DNA of 64,000 nt, taken from contig VGRW01000004.1 of the NCBI GenBank assembly GCA_016875225.1, forward strand, positions 7,111 to 71,110. The letters run 5' to 3'. The translations under genes were made by a program, and so were the position numbers. Every line of letters begins with the position of its first letter. The first letter of the stretch is position 1. Below, one piece after another: positions 26,591-33,778 of the stretch. Source of the DNA: Deltaproteobacteria bacterium (lineage in GTDB: Bacteria; Myxococcota_A; UBA9160; SZUA-336). The notes below the pieces were generated by a model. It ran no database searches. It was not told the DNA's origin and worked only from the letters and a program-made list of their open reading frames with translations.

Positions 26591-27624
26591 CGCGAAGCGC
26601 CCCGGACCCGGGACGCGACGTAGCGCACGAACGCCGGATGCGCGTTCGCGCACGGCACCAGCTCCAAGGCCTCGCCTCCGAGCGAGCGCCACTGCGCGGC
26701 TCCGCGCAGCCCGATCTCCTCCAGCGTCTCGAGGCAGTCGGCGACGAAGGACGGGCAGAGTACCGCCAGCCGCGCAACACCGGCACGTGCCAGCTCCGGC
26801 AGCGCGGCGTCGGTGTGCGGCGTGATCCACGGCGTGCGGCCGAGCCGCGACTGGAACGAGGTCGAGCAGCCCTCGGGCCGAAGCGCGAGCGCCGCGGCGA
26901 GCGCCCGCGAGGTCGCGTAGCACTGCGCGCGGTAGCAGTGGCGATTGGCGGCGCCGATCGCGTCGCAGCAGCTGGCCGACGCCAGACAGTGTCGTCCGCT
27001 CGTGTCGCTCTTCCGCACCTGCCGCTCCGGCAGGCCGTGATAGCTGAACAGCACGTGGTCGGGGCGAAACGCGTCGAGCCGCGGCTTCGCGATCTCGGCG
27101 AGCGCCGCGATGAATCCGGGCTCGTCGAAGAACTCGGGCAGTGTCTCGAGTGCGGGCACGTTCCAGCGCTCGGCGACGAGCCCGTGAATTCGCGCGAGCG
27201 CGGAGCCGGTCGACGACGATGCGTACTGCGGAAAGAGCGGCACGACCAGGATCCGCGCCAGATCGTGGCGCAGCAGCTCGTCCAGCGCGCGCGGCAGAGA
27301 CGGCTCGCCGTAACGCATTCCGAGCGCGACTTCGAAGTCGGCCCCGAGCTCGGCCGCGACCGCCGCGCGCAGATCCTGGCCGTTCGAGAGCAGCGGAGAG
27401 CCTCGCTTGGTCCAGACTGCTCGGTACGCCTCGGCCGAGCGCGGCGCCCGAAACGGCGCGATCACCGCGTTCACGAGCAGAAAGCGCGGCAGCGCGGGGA
27501 TGTCCAGCACGCGCGGATCGGAGAGGAACTCGCGCAGATACCGCCGCACGTCTCGCGAGGAGGGCGATCTCGGCGTGCCAAGATTCACGAGCAGCACGCC
27601 CGACCGCGTCGTCGCTTGATCCAC
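26587..27624 (-). CDS. hemH: ferrochelatase with internal Cys-rich insert
   Basis: GVLLVNLGTP, YLREFLSDPRV, LFPQYASSSTGS, FSYHGLP and the C-terminal CPSFVADCLETLEEI pattern. Internal insert: CLASASCCDAIGAANRHCYRAQC. Confidence 0.9.
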   Translation of the reverse strand: MDQATTRSGVLLVNLGTPRSPSSRDVRRYLREFLSDPRVLDIPALPRFLLVNAVIAPFRAPRSAEAYRAVWTKRGSPLLSNGQDLRAAVAAELGADFEVALGMRYGEPSLPRALDELLRHDLARILVVPLFPQYASSSTGSALARIHGLVAERWNVPALETLPEFFDEPGFIAALAEIAKPRLDAFRPDHVLFSYHGLPERQVRKSDTSGRHCLASASCCDAIGAANRHCYRAQCYATSRALAAALALRPEGCSTSFQSRLGRTPWITPHTDAALPELARAGVARLAVLCPSFVADCLETLEEIGLRGAAQWRSLGGEALELVPCANAHPAFVRYVASRVRGASR

Positions 27625-27668
27625 GTCCGAAGTAGAACCCCAACGCGCGCGGGCTGTCGAGCGGGGGA

Positions 27669-27926
27669 TCAGGGCGCGAGCGTCTCGAGCTCGTCGATCG
27701 CGTGAACGGGCGCGTCGTCGCCCTTCATCAGATGGGCGATCGCGCTGAAGACGAGCCGCTGCTTCGCGAGCGTGTTCTTGCCGGCGAAGGCGCTCGAGAC
27801 CACGCGGATCGAGAAGTGCCCGCCGCTGCCGCGGACCTCGAGCGAGTCGCAGGGCAGGGCGGCCGAGAGCGCCTGGCGGATCTTCTCGATCACCTCGCTC
27901 GGGGGCGCATGGATCTGCAGGGCCAC
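27669..27926 (-). CDS. bolA: BolA-family protein
   Basis: 85 aa with a GTG start. GSGGHFSIRVVSSAFAGKNTLAKQRLV...VHAIDEL matches the BolA fold, with the loop His and the C-terminal (I/V)HA motif. Confidence 0.8.
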   Translation of the reverse strand: MALQIHAPPSEVIEKIRQALSAALPCDSLEVRGSGGHFSIRVVSSAFAGKNTLAKQRLVFSAIAHLMKGDDAPVHAIDELETLAP

Positions 27927-27942
27927 GTCTCGCGCTCCGGGC

Positions 27943-28872
27943 TCAGTACCGCGGCACGGACGCGTCGACCTCGCGCGACCACGCGTCGATTCCGCCCGCC
28001 AGGTTGTGGACGTTGGTGAAGCCGCGACTCGCGAAATGCTCGGCCGCCGCCTGGCTTCGGCCGCCGTGGTGGCAGTGGAAGACGATCAGCGCGTCCTTCG
28101 GGAGGCGCTCGATCTGCTCGGCGACCCGGGCATCGACCAGCGTCGCCTGGGCGATGCGCGCCTTCTGGTGCTCCTCTGGCGTGCGCACGTCGTAGAGGTG
28201 CAGGTCTCGTCCCGAGGCGATCAGGGCCTGGAGCTGGCTCGCGGAGAGCTGATTCACCTCGGCCGCGCGCGGCGCGTTCGGGTTCTCGACGGTGAGCGCC
28301 TGGCTGCCGCCCGAGTCGGCCGCGCCGATCACGAGCCCGTTGGCTCGTCGTGCAGAATCGCGATCGAAGAGAATCGTGAGGCCGTTGCTCGTGGCCGCGA
28401 CCTCGTGCCCCGCGCGCGGCCCGAGCGAGAGCGAGTGCTGGAACGACGCGTCGATCGAGACGTGCAGCTCGCCTCCCTCGCTCGCGATCACTCCGCGCAA
28501 GAGCTCCGCGGCAGCGTCTGTCACGGTCACCGCGGGCGGCTCGACGGTCTCCACCTCGACACCCAGGAGCTTTTGCAGGTCACCGCTGGCGTAGAGCTCC
28601 TTCACGATGTCGCAGCCGCCCTGGAACTCGCCCTCGACGTAGAGCTGCGGAATGGTCGGCCAGCTCGAGAACTCCTTGATCGCCTCGCGCACCTCGCGGT
28701 CCGAGAGCACGTCGAAGCTTCCGTATTCGGGAAGCAGCTGGCCGAGGATTCCGACGACCTGGGCCGAGAAGCCGCACTGGGGGGCGTCGGGCGTGCCCTT
28801 CATGAATAGAACCACGCGGTCCGAGCGGATGATCGATTCGATTCGCTCGCGCAGCGCAGGGTCGAGGCTCAT
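27943..28872 (-). CDS. tri-domain fusion: monothiol glutaredoxin (CGFS) / Cys-less A-type-carrier-like domain / rhodanese
   Basis: Start is the ATG at 28872 (MSLDPALRERI..., RBS GAGGGAGA). The track's upstream extension overlaps tRNA-Glu and two promoter-like sites. Grx4 motifs: VVLFMKGTPDAPQCGFS, WPTIPQLYVEGEFQGGCDI. Middle domain, HesB/IscA-like but without Cys: VTVTDAAAELLRGV...LHVSID...GLTILFDRDSARRANGLVI...ENPNA. Rhodanese loop: FHCHHGGRS. Confidence 0.85.
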   Translation of the reverse strand: MSLDPALRERIESIIRSDRVVLFMKGTPDAPQCGFSAQVVGILGQLLPEYGSFDVLSDREVREAIKEFSSWPTIPQLYVEGEFQGGCDIVKELYASGDLQKLLGVEVETVEPPAVTVTDAAAELLRGVIASEGGELHVSIDASFQHSLSLGPRAGHEVAATSNGLTILFDRDSARRANGLVIGAADSGGSQALTVENPNAPRAAEVNQLSASQLQALIASGRDLHLYDVRTPEEHQKARIAQATLVDARVAEQIERLPKDALIVFHCHHGGRSQAAAEHFASRGFTNVHNLAGGIDAWSREVDASVPRY

Positions 28873-28900
28873 GGGTTCGTCTCCCTCGATGAAGTTCCGC

Positions 28901-28928
28901 ACGATACGATTCCGTACGAAGCGGTCAA
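28901..28928 (-). promoter_or_regulatory. putative sigma70-type promoter of the grx-fusion operon
   Basis: On the minus strand: TTGACC (28928..28923), 16-nt spacer, TATCGT (28906..28901). It sits about 30 nt upstream of the ATG at 28872. Confidence 0.45.
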
Positions 28929-28963
28929 GATTCGCCCGGACCCAGGATCGAGCGCCCGAAGGT

Positions 28964-28992
28964 TTGACCCCCCTCCGACCCACGGCTAGGCT
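28964..28992 (+). promoter_or_regulatory. putative sigma70-type promoter of tRNA-Glu
   Basis: TTGACC (28964..28969), 17-nt spacer, TAGGCT (28987..28992). It sits about 25 nt upstream of the mature tRNA 5' end. Confidence 0.5.
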
Positions 28993-29017
28993 ACGCGCCG
29001 CCGGCCGACCGGCACCC

Positions 29018-29095
29018 GACCCCATCGTCTAGCTTGGCCCAGGACACCGGCCTTTCACGCCGAGAACGCGGGTTCGAATCCCGCTGGGGTCGCCA
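29018..29095 (+). tRNA. tRNA-Glu: tRNA-Glu (anticodon UUC), CCA encoded
   Basis: Hand-folded cloverleaf: acceptor GACCCCA/TGGGGTC (7 bp), D arm GTCT...GGAC, anticodon stem CCGGC/GCCGA (one C-A mismatch) with loop CTTTCAC, T arm GCGGG-TTCGAAT-CCCGC, discriminator G plus CCA. As I recall it, closely resembles E. coli tRNA-Glu. Confidence 0.9.
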
Positions 29096-29395
29096 GCGCG
29101 CAGGACCGAAAGAAAAGTCGCGCAAAAGCTCAAGTCAGGGTCGCCATTCCCGGATGACCGGGCTAGACTGCGGCACGATTGGCGTCGATCGGTCGACGCA
29201 CCGCTCTGGTTGATCCCTAAGCAGTGATTCGAACCGCTCGTCGGCCCGTCCTGCCGCATGTCGGGGCCCGATCCCCCGTGTGTCGTGCAGCAACAGTAAT
29301 CGCATCTCTTCAGCGCCGGAACGTGTCCGGCTCGAAGCGGGGCGAGGGACGTGCCCGAGGACGGAATTGAACGGGTCACGTACGGGAACCATCAG

Positions 29396-29743
29396 TTGGG
29401 TAAGAAGCTTTACGTAGGGAACCTTCCATTCTCCACCGACGAGGCCGAGCTCCGCGAGCTCTTCGAGCCGCATGGGGAGCTGGCTTCGGTCAGTGTGATC
29501 ATGGACCGCGACACGGGTCGCCCGCGCGGATTCGCGTTCGTCGAGTTCGAGGACGCGAACAGCGCCGCGAAGGCGCGCCAAGCTCTCGACGGGCGTGAGC
29601 TCGGCGGTCGCACGATGCGCGTCAGCGAGGCCAACGAGCGCGGCCCCGGTGGCGGCGGCGGCGGTGGGCGCAGCGGCGGCGGTGGCGGCGGTGGCGGTGG
29701 CGGCGGTGGCCGCGGCGGCTACGGCGGCGGGGGCCGGCGCTAA
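29396..29743 (+). CDS. glycine-rich RRM-type RNA-binding protein
   Basis: RNP2 (KLYVGNL) and RNP1 (RGFAFVEF), with a C-terminal RGG/poly-Gly tail. I prefer the TTG at 29396 ((M)GKKLYVGNL, the usual N-terminus for this family). The track ORF starts at the GTG at 29351. Confidence 0.85.
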   Translation: MGKKLYVGNLPFSTDEAELRELFEPHGELASVSVIMDRDTGRPRGFAFVEFEDANSAAKARQALDGRELGGRTMRVSEANERGPGGGGGGGRSGGGGGGGGGGGGRGGYGGGGRR

Positions 29744-29764
29744 GAGCACCTGATCGCGATCGAT

Positions 29765-29794
29765 CTGGAGGGCTCGGGGTTCCGGGCCCTCCAG
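29765..29794 (+). terminator. hairpin downstream of the RRM gene
   Basis: CTGGAGGGC...GCCCTCCAG forms a 9-bp stem with a 12-nt loop, starting 22 nt after the stop codon. Confidence 0.45.
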
Positions 29795-29822
29795 ATCGGC
29801 CGCTGATCGACCTTCGATCCGC

Positions 29823-29850
29823 GATCGCCGCGCCCGAGGGCGCGGCGATC
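29823..29850. terminator. strong hairpin between convergent RRM and GST genes
   Basis: GATCGCCGCGCC-CGAG-GGCGCGGCGATC is a perfect 12-bp stem. It lies 14 nt beyond the GST stop (29864) on the minus strand. Confidence 0.5.
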
Positions 29851-29863
29851 GGGTATCGTGTGC

Positions 29864-30514
29864 CTAGGCGCGCATTCCTCCGGCCTTCGCTACCGGGTGC
29901 AGGCTGGACTCGGCGCTCGGCCGCTTGCCGACGCGCTCGAACCAGGCCAACACGTTCTTGTGTTCGGCCTTGAGCGGCTGCCCCACGGCCGCGCCGAAAT
30001 CCGTGAGCGCGTAGAGGACGATGTCGGCCAGCGAGAACCGGCTGCCGCAGATCCACTGCTTGCCGTCGAGCTGGGCATCCAGCCAGCCCAGGCCCTCCTG
30101 CGCGAGCAGCTTCAGGTCGGCGGCGGCGTGCGGGATCGTGCGCATGCGGTCCTTGAACATCGCCAGCCCCTCGGCGAAGCGGAAGCCGTCGGCGAGCGGG
30201 ACCGTGATCTTCAGCTCGACGCGGCGCGTCCACATCCGCGTCTCCGCCTTCTCCTCGGCGGTTCGCCCGATCAGCGGCGGATTCGGGTTCTTGTCTTCCA
30301 GGTACTCGCAGATCGGAACCGTCTCCGCGAGGACGAAGCCGTTGTCGAGCTCGAGCGCGGGCAGCTGTCCGGCCGGGTTCTTGTCGGTGTAGGGCGGGCG
30401 CCGGTTCGCTCCGCTCATCAGGTCGACCTGCTCCGCAGGGATCGTGATTCCCTTCTCGATCATGAACATGCGGACCAGACGGGGATTCGGACCAAGTGAG
30501 TCGTAGAACTTCAC
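29864..30514 (-). CDS. glutathione S-transferase family protein
   Basis: GTG at 30514, preceded by AGGAGA. N-terminal thioredoxin-like KFYDSLGPNPRLVRMFMIEKGI...NPAGQLPALELDNGFVLAETVPICEYLE, and a C-terminal helical domain (FSLADIVLYALTDF). Confidence 0.8.
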   Translation of the reverse strand: MKFYDSLGPNPRLVRMFMIEKGITIPAEQVDLMSGANRRPPYTDKNPAGQLPALELDNGFVLAETVPICEYLEDKNPNPPLIGRTAEEKAETRMWTRRVELKITVPLADGFRFAEGLAMFKDRMRTIPHAAADLKLLAQEGLGWLDAQLDGKQWICGSRFSLADIVLYALTDFGAAVGQPLKAEHKNVLAWFERVGKRPSAESSLHPVAKAGGMRA

Positions 30515-30678
30515 GGGGATCTCCTGTTCGAGGTCCGCGCAGCATATCACGCAGACCCCCGCCGACCCCCGGCTCTGCCGTGTGAATCCCGAGCTCCGAG
30601 GACGCGCTGCGGAGTCTGTGTATGATACGCGCGCGGAGGGGCCCCGATGGACGACTGGCGCATGCGTAGGCCGCGCGC

Positions 30679-33024
30679 GTGAGCGCGCTCGTCACGATCG
30701 TCGCCGCGCCGTTCGTCGCAGCTCTCGCGATCGCGCTGCTCGGTCGTGCGCTCGGGCGCTGGTCGGCGCTGCTGATGGTCGCAGCAGCGGGTGTCTCGTT
30801 TGCGACGGCGCTGCCACTTCTCGGCGCCGAGACCGCGCCGGTATCGAGCCACGAATGGATTCCGTCGCTCGGCGTGGCCTTCCTGCTGCGCGCCGACGGG
30901 TTCGGGGCGTTCTTCGCGCTGCTCGTGTCGGGGATCGGAGTTCTCGTCGGCGTGTATTCGCTCGGCTACATCGGGGCCGAGCTCGGTCGGGCGCGCATCG
31001 GCCGCTACTACGCGGCACTCACCGCTTTCATGGGCGCGATGCTCGGGATCGCCCTCGCGGACGACTTGATCCTGCTGTTCCTGTTCTGGGAGATCACCAG
31101 CGTCACGTCGTACCTCCTGATCGGCTTCTGGTACGAGCGCGAGGCCGCGCGTGCGGGCGCGCTGACCGCACTTCTCGTCACGGCGATGGGCGGCCTTGCG
31201 ATGCTGGCCGGGTTCATCTTGATCGGGCTGGCGACGGGGTCGTTCGCGCTCGGCGAGATCGTCGCGGACGAAGCGCGCCGCTCTGCGCTCGCGAGCTCGC
31301 CCATGTTCCTGCCCGCGCTTCTGCTCGTCCTGGCGGGAGCCTTCACCAAGTCGGCGCAGGTCCCGTTCCACTTCTGGCTGCCCGGCGCGATGGTCGCGCC
31401 GACGCCGATCTCGACTTACCTGCACTCCGCGACCATGGTGAAGGCGGGCATCTTCCTGCTCGCGCGCGTCACGCCGCTCTTTGCCGACTCGGCCGCCTGG
31501 CCGCTGCTCGTGGCGCCGGTCGGACTCGCGACCTTCTTGCTGGGCGCCTGGCACGCATTCCGCCAGAACGATCTGAAGGCGCTGCTCGCGTACAGCACGG
31601 TCTCGACGCTGGGGCTGGTCACGCTCGCCTACGGCCTGCGCATGCCCGAGCAGGACGCGCTGCAGATCCTCTCGCATGCCGGCTACAAGGGGGGGCTGTT
31701 CATGATCGCGGGCATCGTCGAACACGCGACCGGCACGCGCGATCTGCGCGAGCTCGGCGGGCTGCGCCGGCGGCTTCCGATCAGCTTCGCGCTCTGCTTG
31801 CTCTTCGCGCTCTCGATGGGCGGAATTCCGCCGCTGTTCGGTTTCGTCACGAAGGAGGCGCTCTACGCATCGCTGATCGAGAGCCCCACGCTTGCGGGAT
31901 CGCCGCTCGCGCACGGGGCGGTGATCGCGGCGGTGGTGGTCGGAAACGCATTCCTGCTCGCGGCCGTGCTGAAGCTGCTGATCGGGACGTTCCTCGGCAG
32001 CGAGCCCGCGGCCCATTCCCACGACGCGCACGGCGCGCATTCCGGCCACGGAGAGAGCGCGGCGCTCTGGCTGCCTCCCGCAGTGCTCGCGCTCGGCAGT
32101 CTCGTTCTCGGCCTGCTGGGCGAGAGCAGCGCGATCGAGCGCGCGGCGAATCTGCTCTCGTCGGCGCCGGACGCGGGGCTCGAGGTCTCGCTGCTGCCGG
32201 CGCATCTCGGTCCGGTGCTGCTCTCACTGGCCGGGATCGGGCTCGGCGTGGCGCTGTACCGCGGACGGTCGCGCGTCGAGGCGCTCCAGCGCGGCCTCGG
32301 CATGTTTCCCGACGCGCAGGCGGTCTGGAACCGCTGCGTCGCGAGCGTGACCGGCTTTGCCGAGGCCTACAGCGAATGGTGGCAGGACGGGTCGCTGCGC
32401 TGGTACTTTTCGGTGATCCTGCTCTTCGCGGCGGGGATCAGCCTGTTCGCGCTCGAGGCCGGTGGGGTGTCGCTCGCTCACGTGGAGGTCGAGCTCGGCA
32501 ACCTCGGCTGGCCCGCGATCGGGCTGGCGGCGCTCATCCTCGCCTCGACCATCGCGGTCGTCCGCTCCGAGACGCGTCTGGGTGCCGCGCTCGCGCTCAC
32601 CGCCAGCGGCTTCCTGGTGGCGCTGGTCTACGCCGTCTACCAATCGCCCGACATCCTGCTGACCCAGATTCTGATCGAGACCGTGTCGACGGTCGTGATC
32701 CTGCTGGTGCTCTACTACATGCCCACCTTCCGGCGCGATGGCCTGTCGCCGGCGCAGAGCGCCTGGAACCTGGCGGTCTCGGGCGCGATCGGCTTCGTGG
32801 TGTTCCTCTTCGTGCTGCTCGCGACCAGCCCGAGCTTCAAGGAGACGCGAAACCTCGGCTTGGACTACCTCGCGCGCAGCGTGGGCGAGGCCGGCGGTCG
32901 CAATGCGGTGAACGTCATCATCGTCGACTTCCGCGCCATCGACACGCTCGGTGAAGTCACCGTTCTGGTCGTGGTCGGACTCTGCGTCTTCGGACTGCTT
33001 CGCGCGCGCAGGGTGGACGGCTGA
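30679..33024 (+). CDS. mrpA: Na+/H+ antiporter Mrp/Mnh subunit A (NuoL-like)
   Basis: 781 aa and polytopic. NuoL/MnhA motifs: WEITSVTSYLLIGFW, SAQVPFHFWLPGAMVAPTPISTYLHSATMVKAGIFLLAR. Confidence 0.9.
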   Translation: MSALVTIVAAPFVAALAIALLGRALGRWSALLMVAAAGVSFATALPLLGAETAPVSSHEWIPSLGVAFLLRADGFGAFFALLVSGIGVLVGVYSLGYIGAELGRARIGRYYAALTAFMGAMLGIALADDLILLFLFWEITSVTSYLLIGFWYEREAARAGALTALLVTAMGGLAMLAGFILIGLATGSFALGEIVADEARRSALASSPMFLPALLLVLAGAFTKSAQVPFHFWLPGAMVAPTPISTYLHSATMVKAGIFLLARVTPLFADSAAWPLLVAPVGLATFLLGAWHAFRQNDLKALLAYSTVSTLGLVTLAYGLRMPEQDALQILSHAGYKGGLFMIAGIVEHATGTRDLRELGGLRRRLPISFALCLLFALSMGGIPPLFGFVTKEALYASLIESPTLAGSPLAHGAVIAAVVVGNAFLLAAVLKLLIGTFLGSEPAAHSHDAHGAHSGHGESAALWLPPAVLALGSLVLGLLGESSAIERAANLLSSAPDAGLEVSLLPAHLGPVLLSLAGIGLGVALYRGRSRVEALQRGLGMFPDAQAVWNRCVASVTGFAEAYSEWWQDGSLRWYFSVILLFAAGISLFALEAGGVSLAHVEVELGNLGWPAIGLAALILASTIAVVRSETRLGAALALTASGFLVALVYAVYQSPDILLTQILIETVSTVVILLVLYYMPTFRRDGLSPAQSAWNLAVSGAIGFVVFLFVLLATSPSFKETRNLGLDYLARSVGEAGGRNAVNVIIVDFRAIDTLGEVTVLVVVGLCVFGLLRARRVDG

Positions 33025-33449
33025 TGCACGAGTCTCCAATCCTGCGCACGATCTCGCGCTTCGCGATCCCGCTCGCGGTGTTCCTGTCGTTCCGGATCTT
33101 CATGCAGGGTCACGATCTGCCCGGCGGCGGTTTCATCGCGGGCGTGATCGCCGCCGCGGCCGGCGCCATGTATCTGCTCGCGTTCGGAATCGGCCGCCTC
33201 GCGCGCTTTCCCTGGTGGCGCCTCTCGGTGCTCGGTCTGCTCTGCGCGCTCGCGAGCGGGTTCGTCCCGCTGCTGCAGGGCTCGACGTTCATGGACCACG
33301 TGGTCCTGGACTACGAGCTGCCGCTGCTCGGACACGGACACCTGCCCAGCGCCACGTTCTTCGACCTCGGCGTGTACATGATCGTGCTCGGGACGCTGAT
33401 GACGCTCTTCGTCGAGCTCGGCCTGGAGGATCGACCGTGGAGCTCCTGA
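33024..33449 (+). CDS. mrpB: Mrp/Mnh subunit B
   Basis: GHDLPGGGFIAGVIAAAA is the MnhB signature. The start shares one nucleotide with the mrpA stop. Confidence 0.85.
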   Translation: MHESPILRTISRFAIPLAVFLSFRIFMQGHDLPGGGFIAGVIAAAAGAMYLLAFGIGRLARFPWWRLSVLGLLCALASGFVPLLQGSTFMDHVVLDYELPLLGHGHLPSATFFDLGVYMIVLGTLMTLFVELGLEDRPWSS

Positions 33450-33778
33450 TGGCGCTGGTGATCGGCTCGATGTTCGCGGCCGGCACCTACATGATCCTGC
33501 GGCCCAGCCTGATCCGCGTGGTCCTGGGCTTCGGGCTCTACTCGAACGCGGCGAACCTGCTCCTGATCGCCTGCGGAGGCTACTCGGACGCCCTCCAGGC
33601 GCCATTCCTGCGGGATGGAGCCGATGGCTACATGGATCCACTCCCGCCCGACATCATCCTGACCGCGATCGTGATCAGCTTCGCGGTCGGGGCGCTGCTT
33701 CTCATCGTCTCGTATCAGGTCTACGTCGATCACGGCACGGACGACCCCGAGAACCTGCCGCGGGATCCGCTCTCGTGA
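33449..33778 (+). CDS. mrpC: Mrp/Mnh subunit C (NuoK-like)
   Basis: ATG at 33449 (a GTG at 33437 is also in frame). MALVIGSMFAAGTYMILRPSLIRVVLGFGLYSNAANLLLI...ILTAIVISFAVGALLL. Confidence 0.85.
   Translation: MALVIGSMFAAGTYMILRPSLIRVVLGFGLYSNAANLLLIACGGYSDALQAPFLRDGADGYMDPLPPDIILTAIVISFAVGALLLIVSYQVYVDHGTDDPENLPRDPLS

Noticed and set aside
28873-29025. N-terminal 51-codon extension of the Grx-fusion ORF
   Set aside because: It overlaps tRNA-Glu by 8 nt and both promoter-like sites. The internal ATG at 28872 has a strong RBS and gives a normal Grx N-terminus.
29640-29735. GGC/GGT-rich tandem tract as a possible repeat element
   Set aside because: It is in frame and encodes the RGG/poly-Gly tail typical of glycine-rich RRM proteins.
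30621-30626. TATGAT -10-like hexamer upstream of mrpA, and TATGCT at 5501-5506 upstream of the GT39 gene
   Set aside because: I found no acceptable -35 element at 16-19 nt for either. The support is too weak to list them as features.
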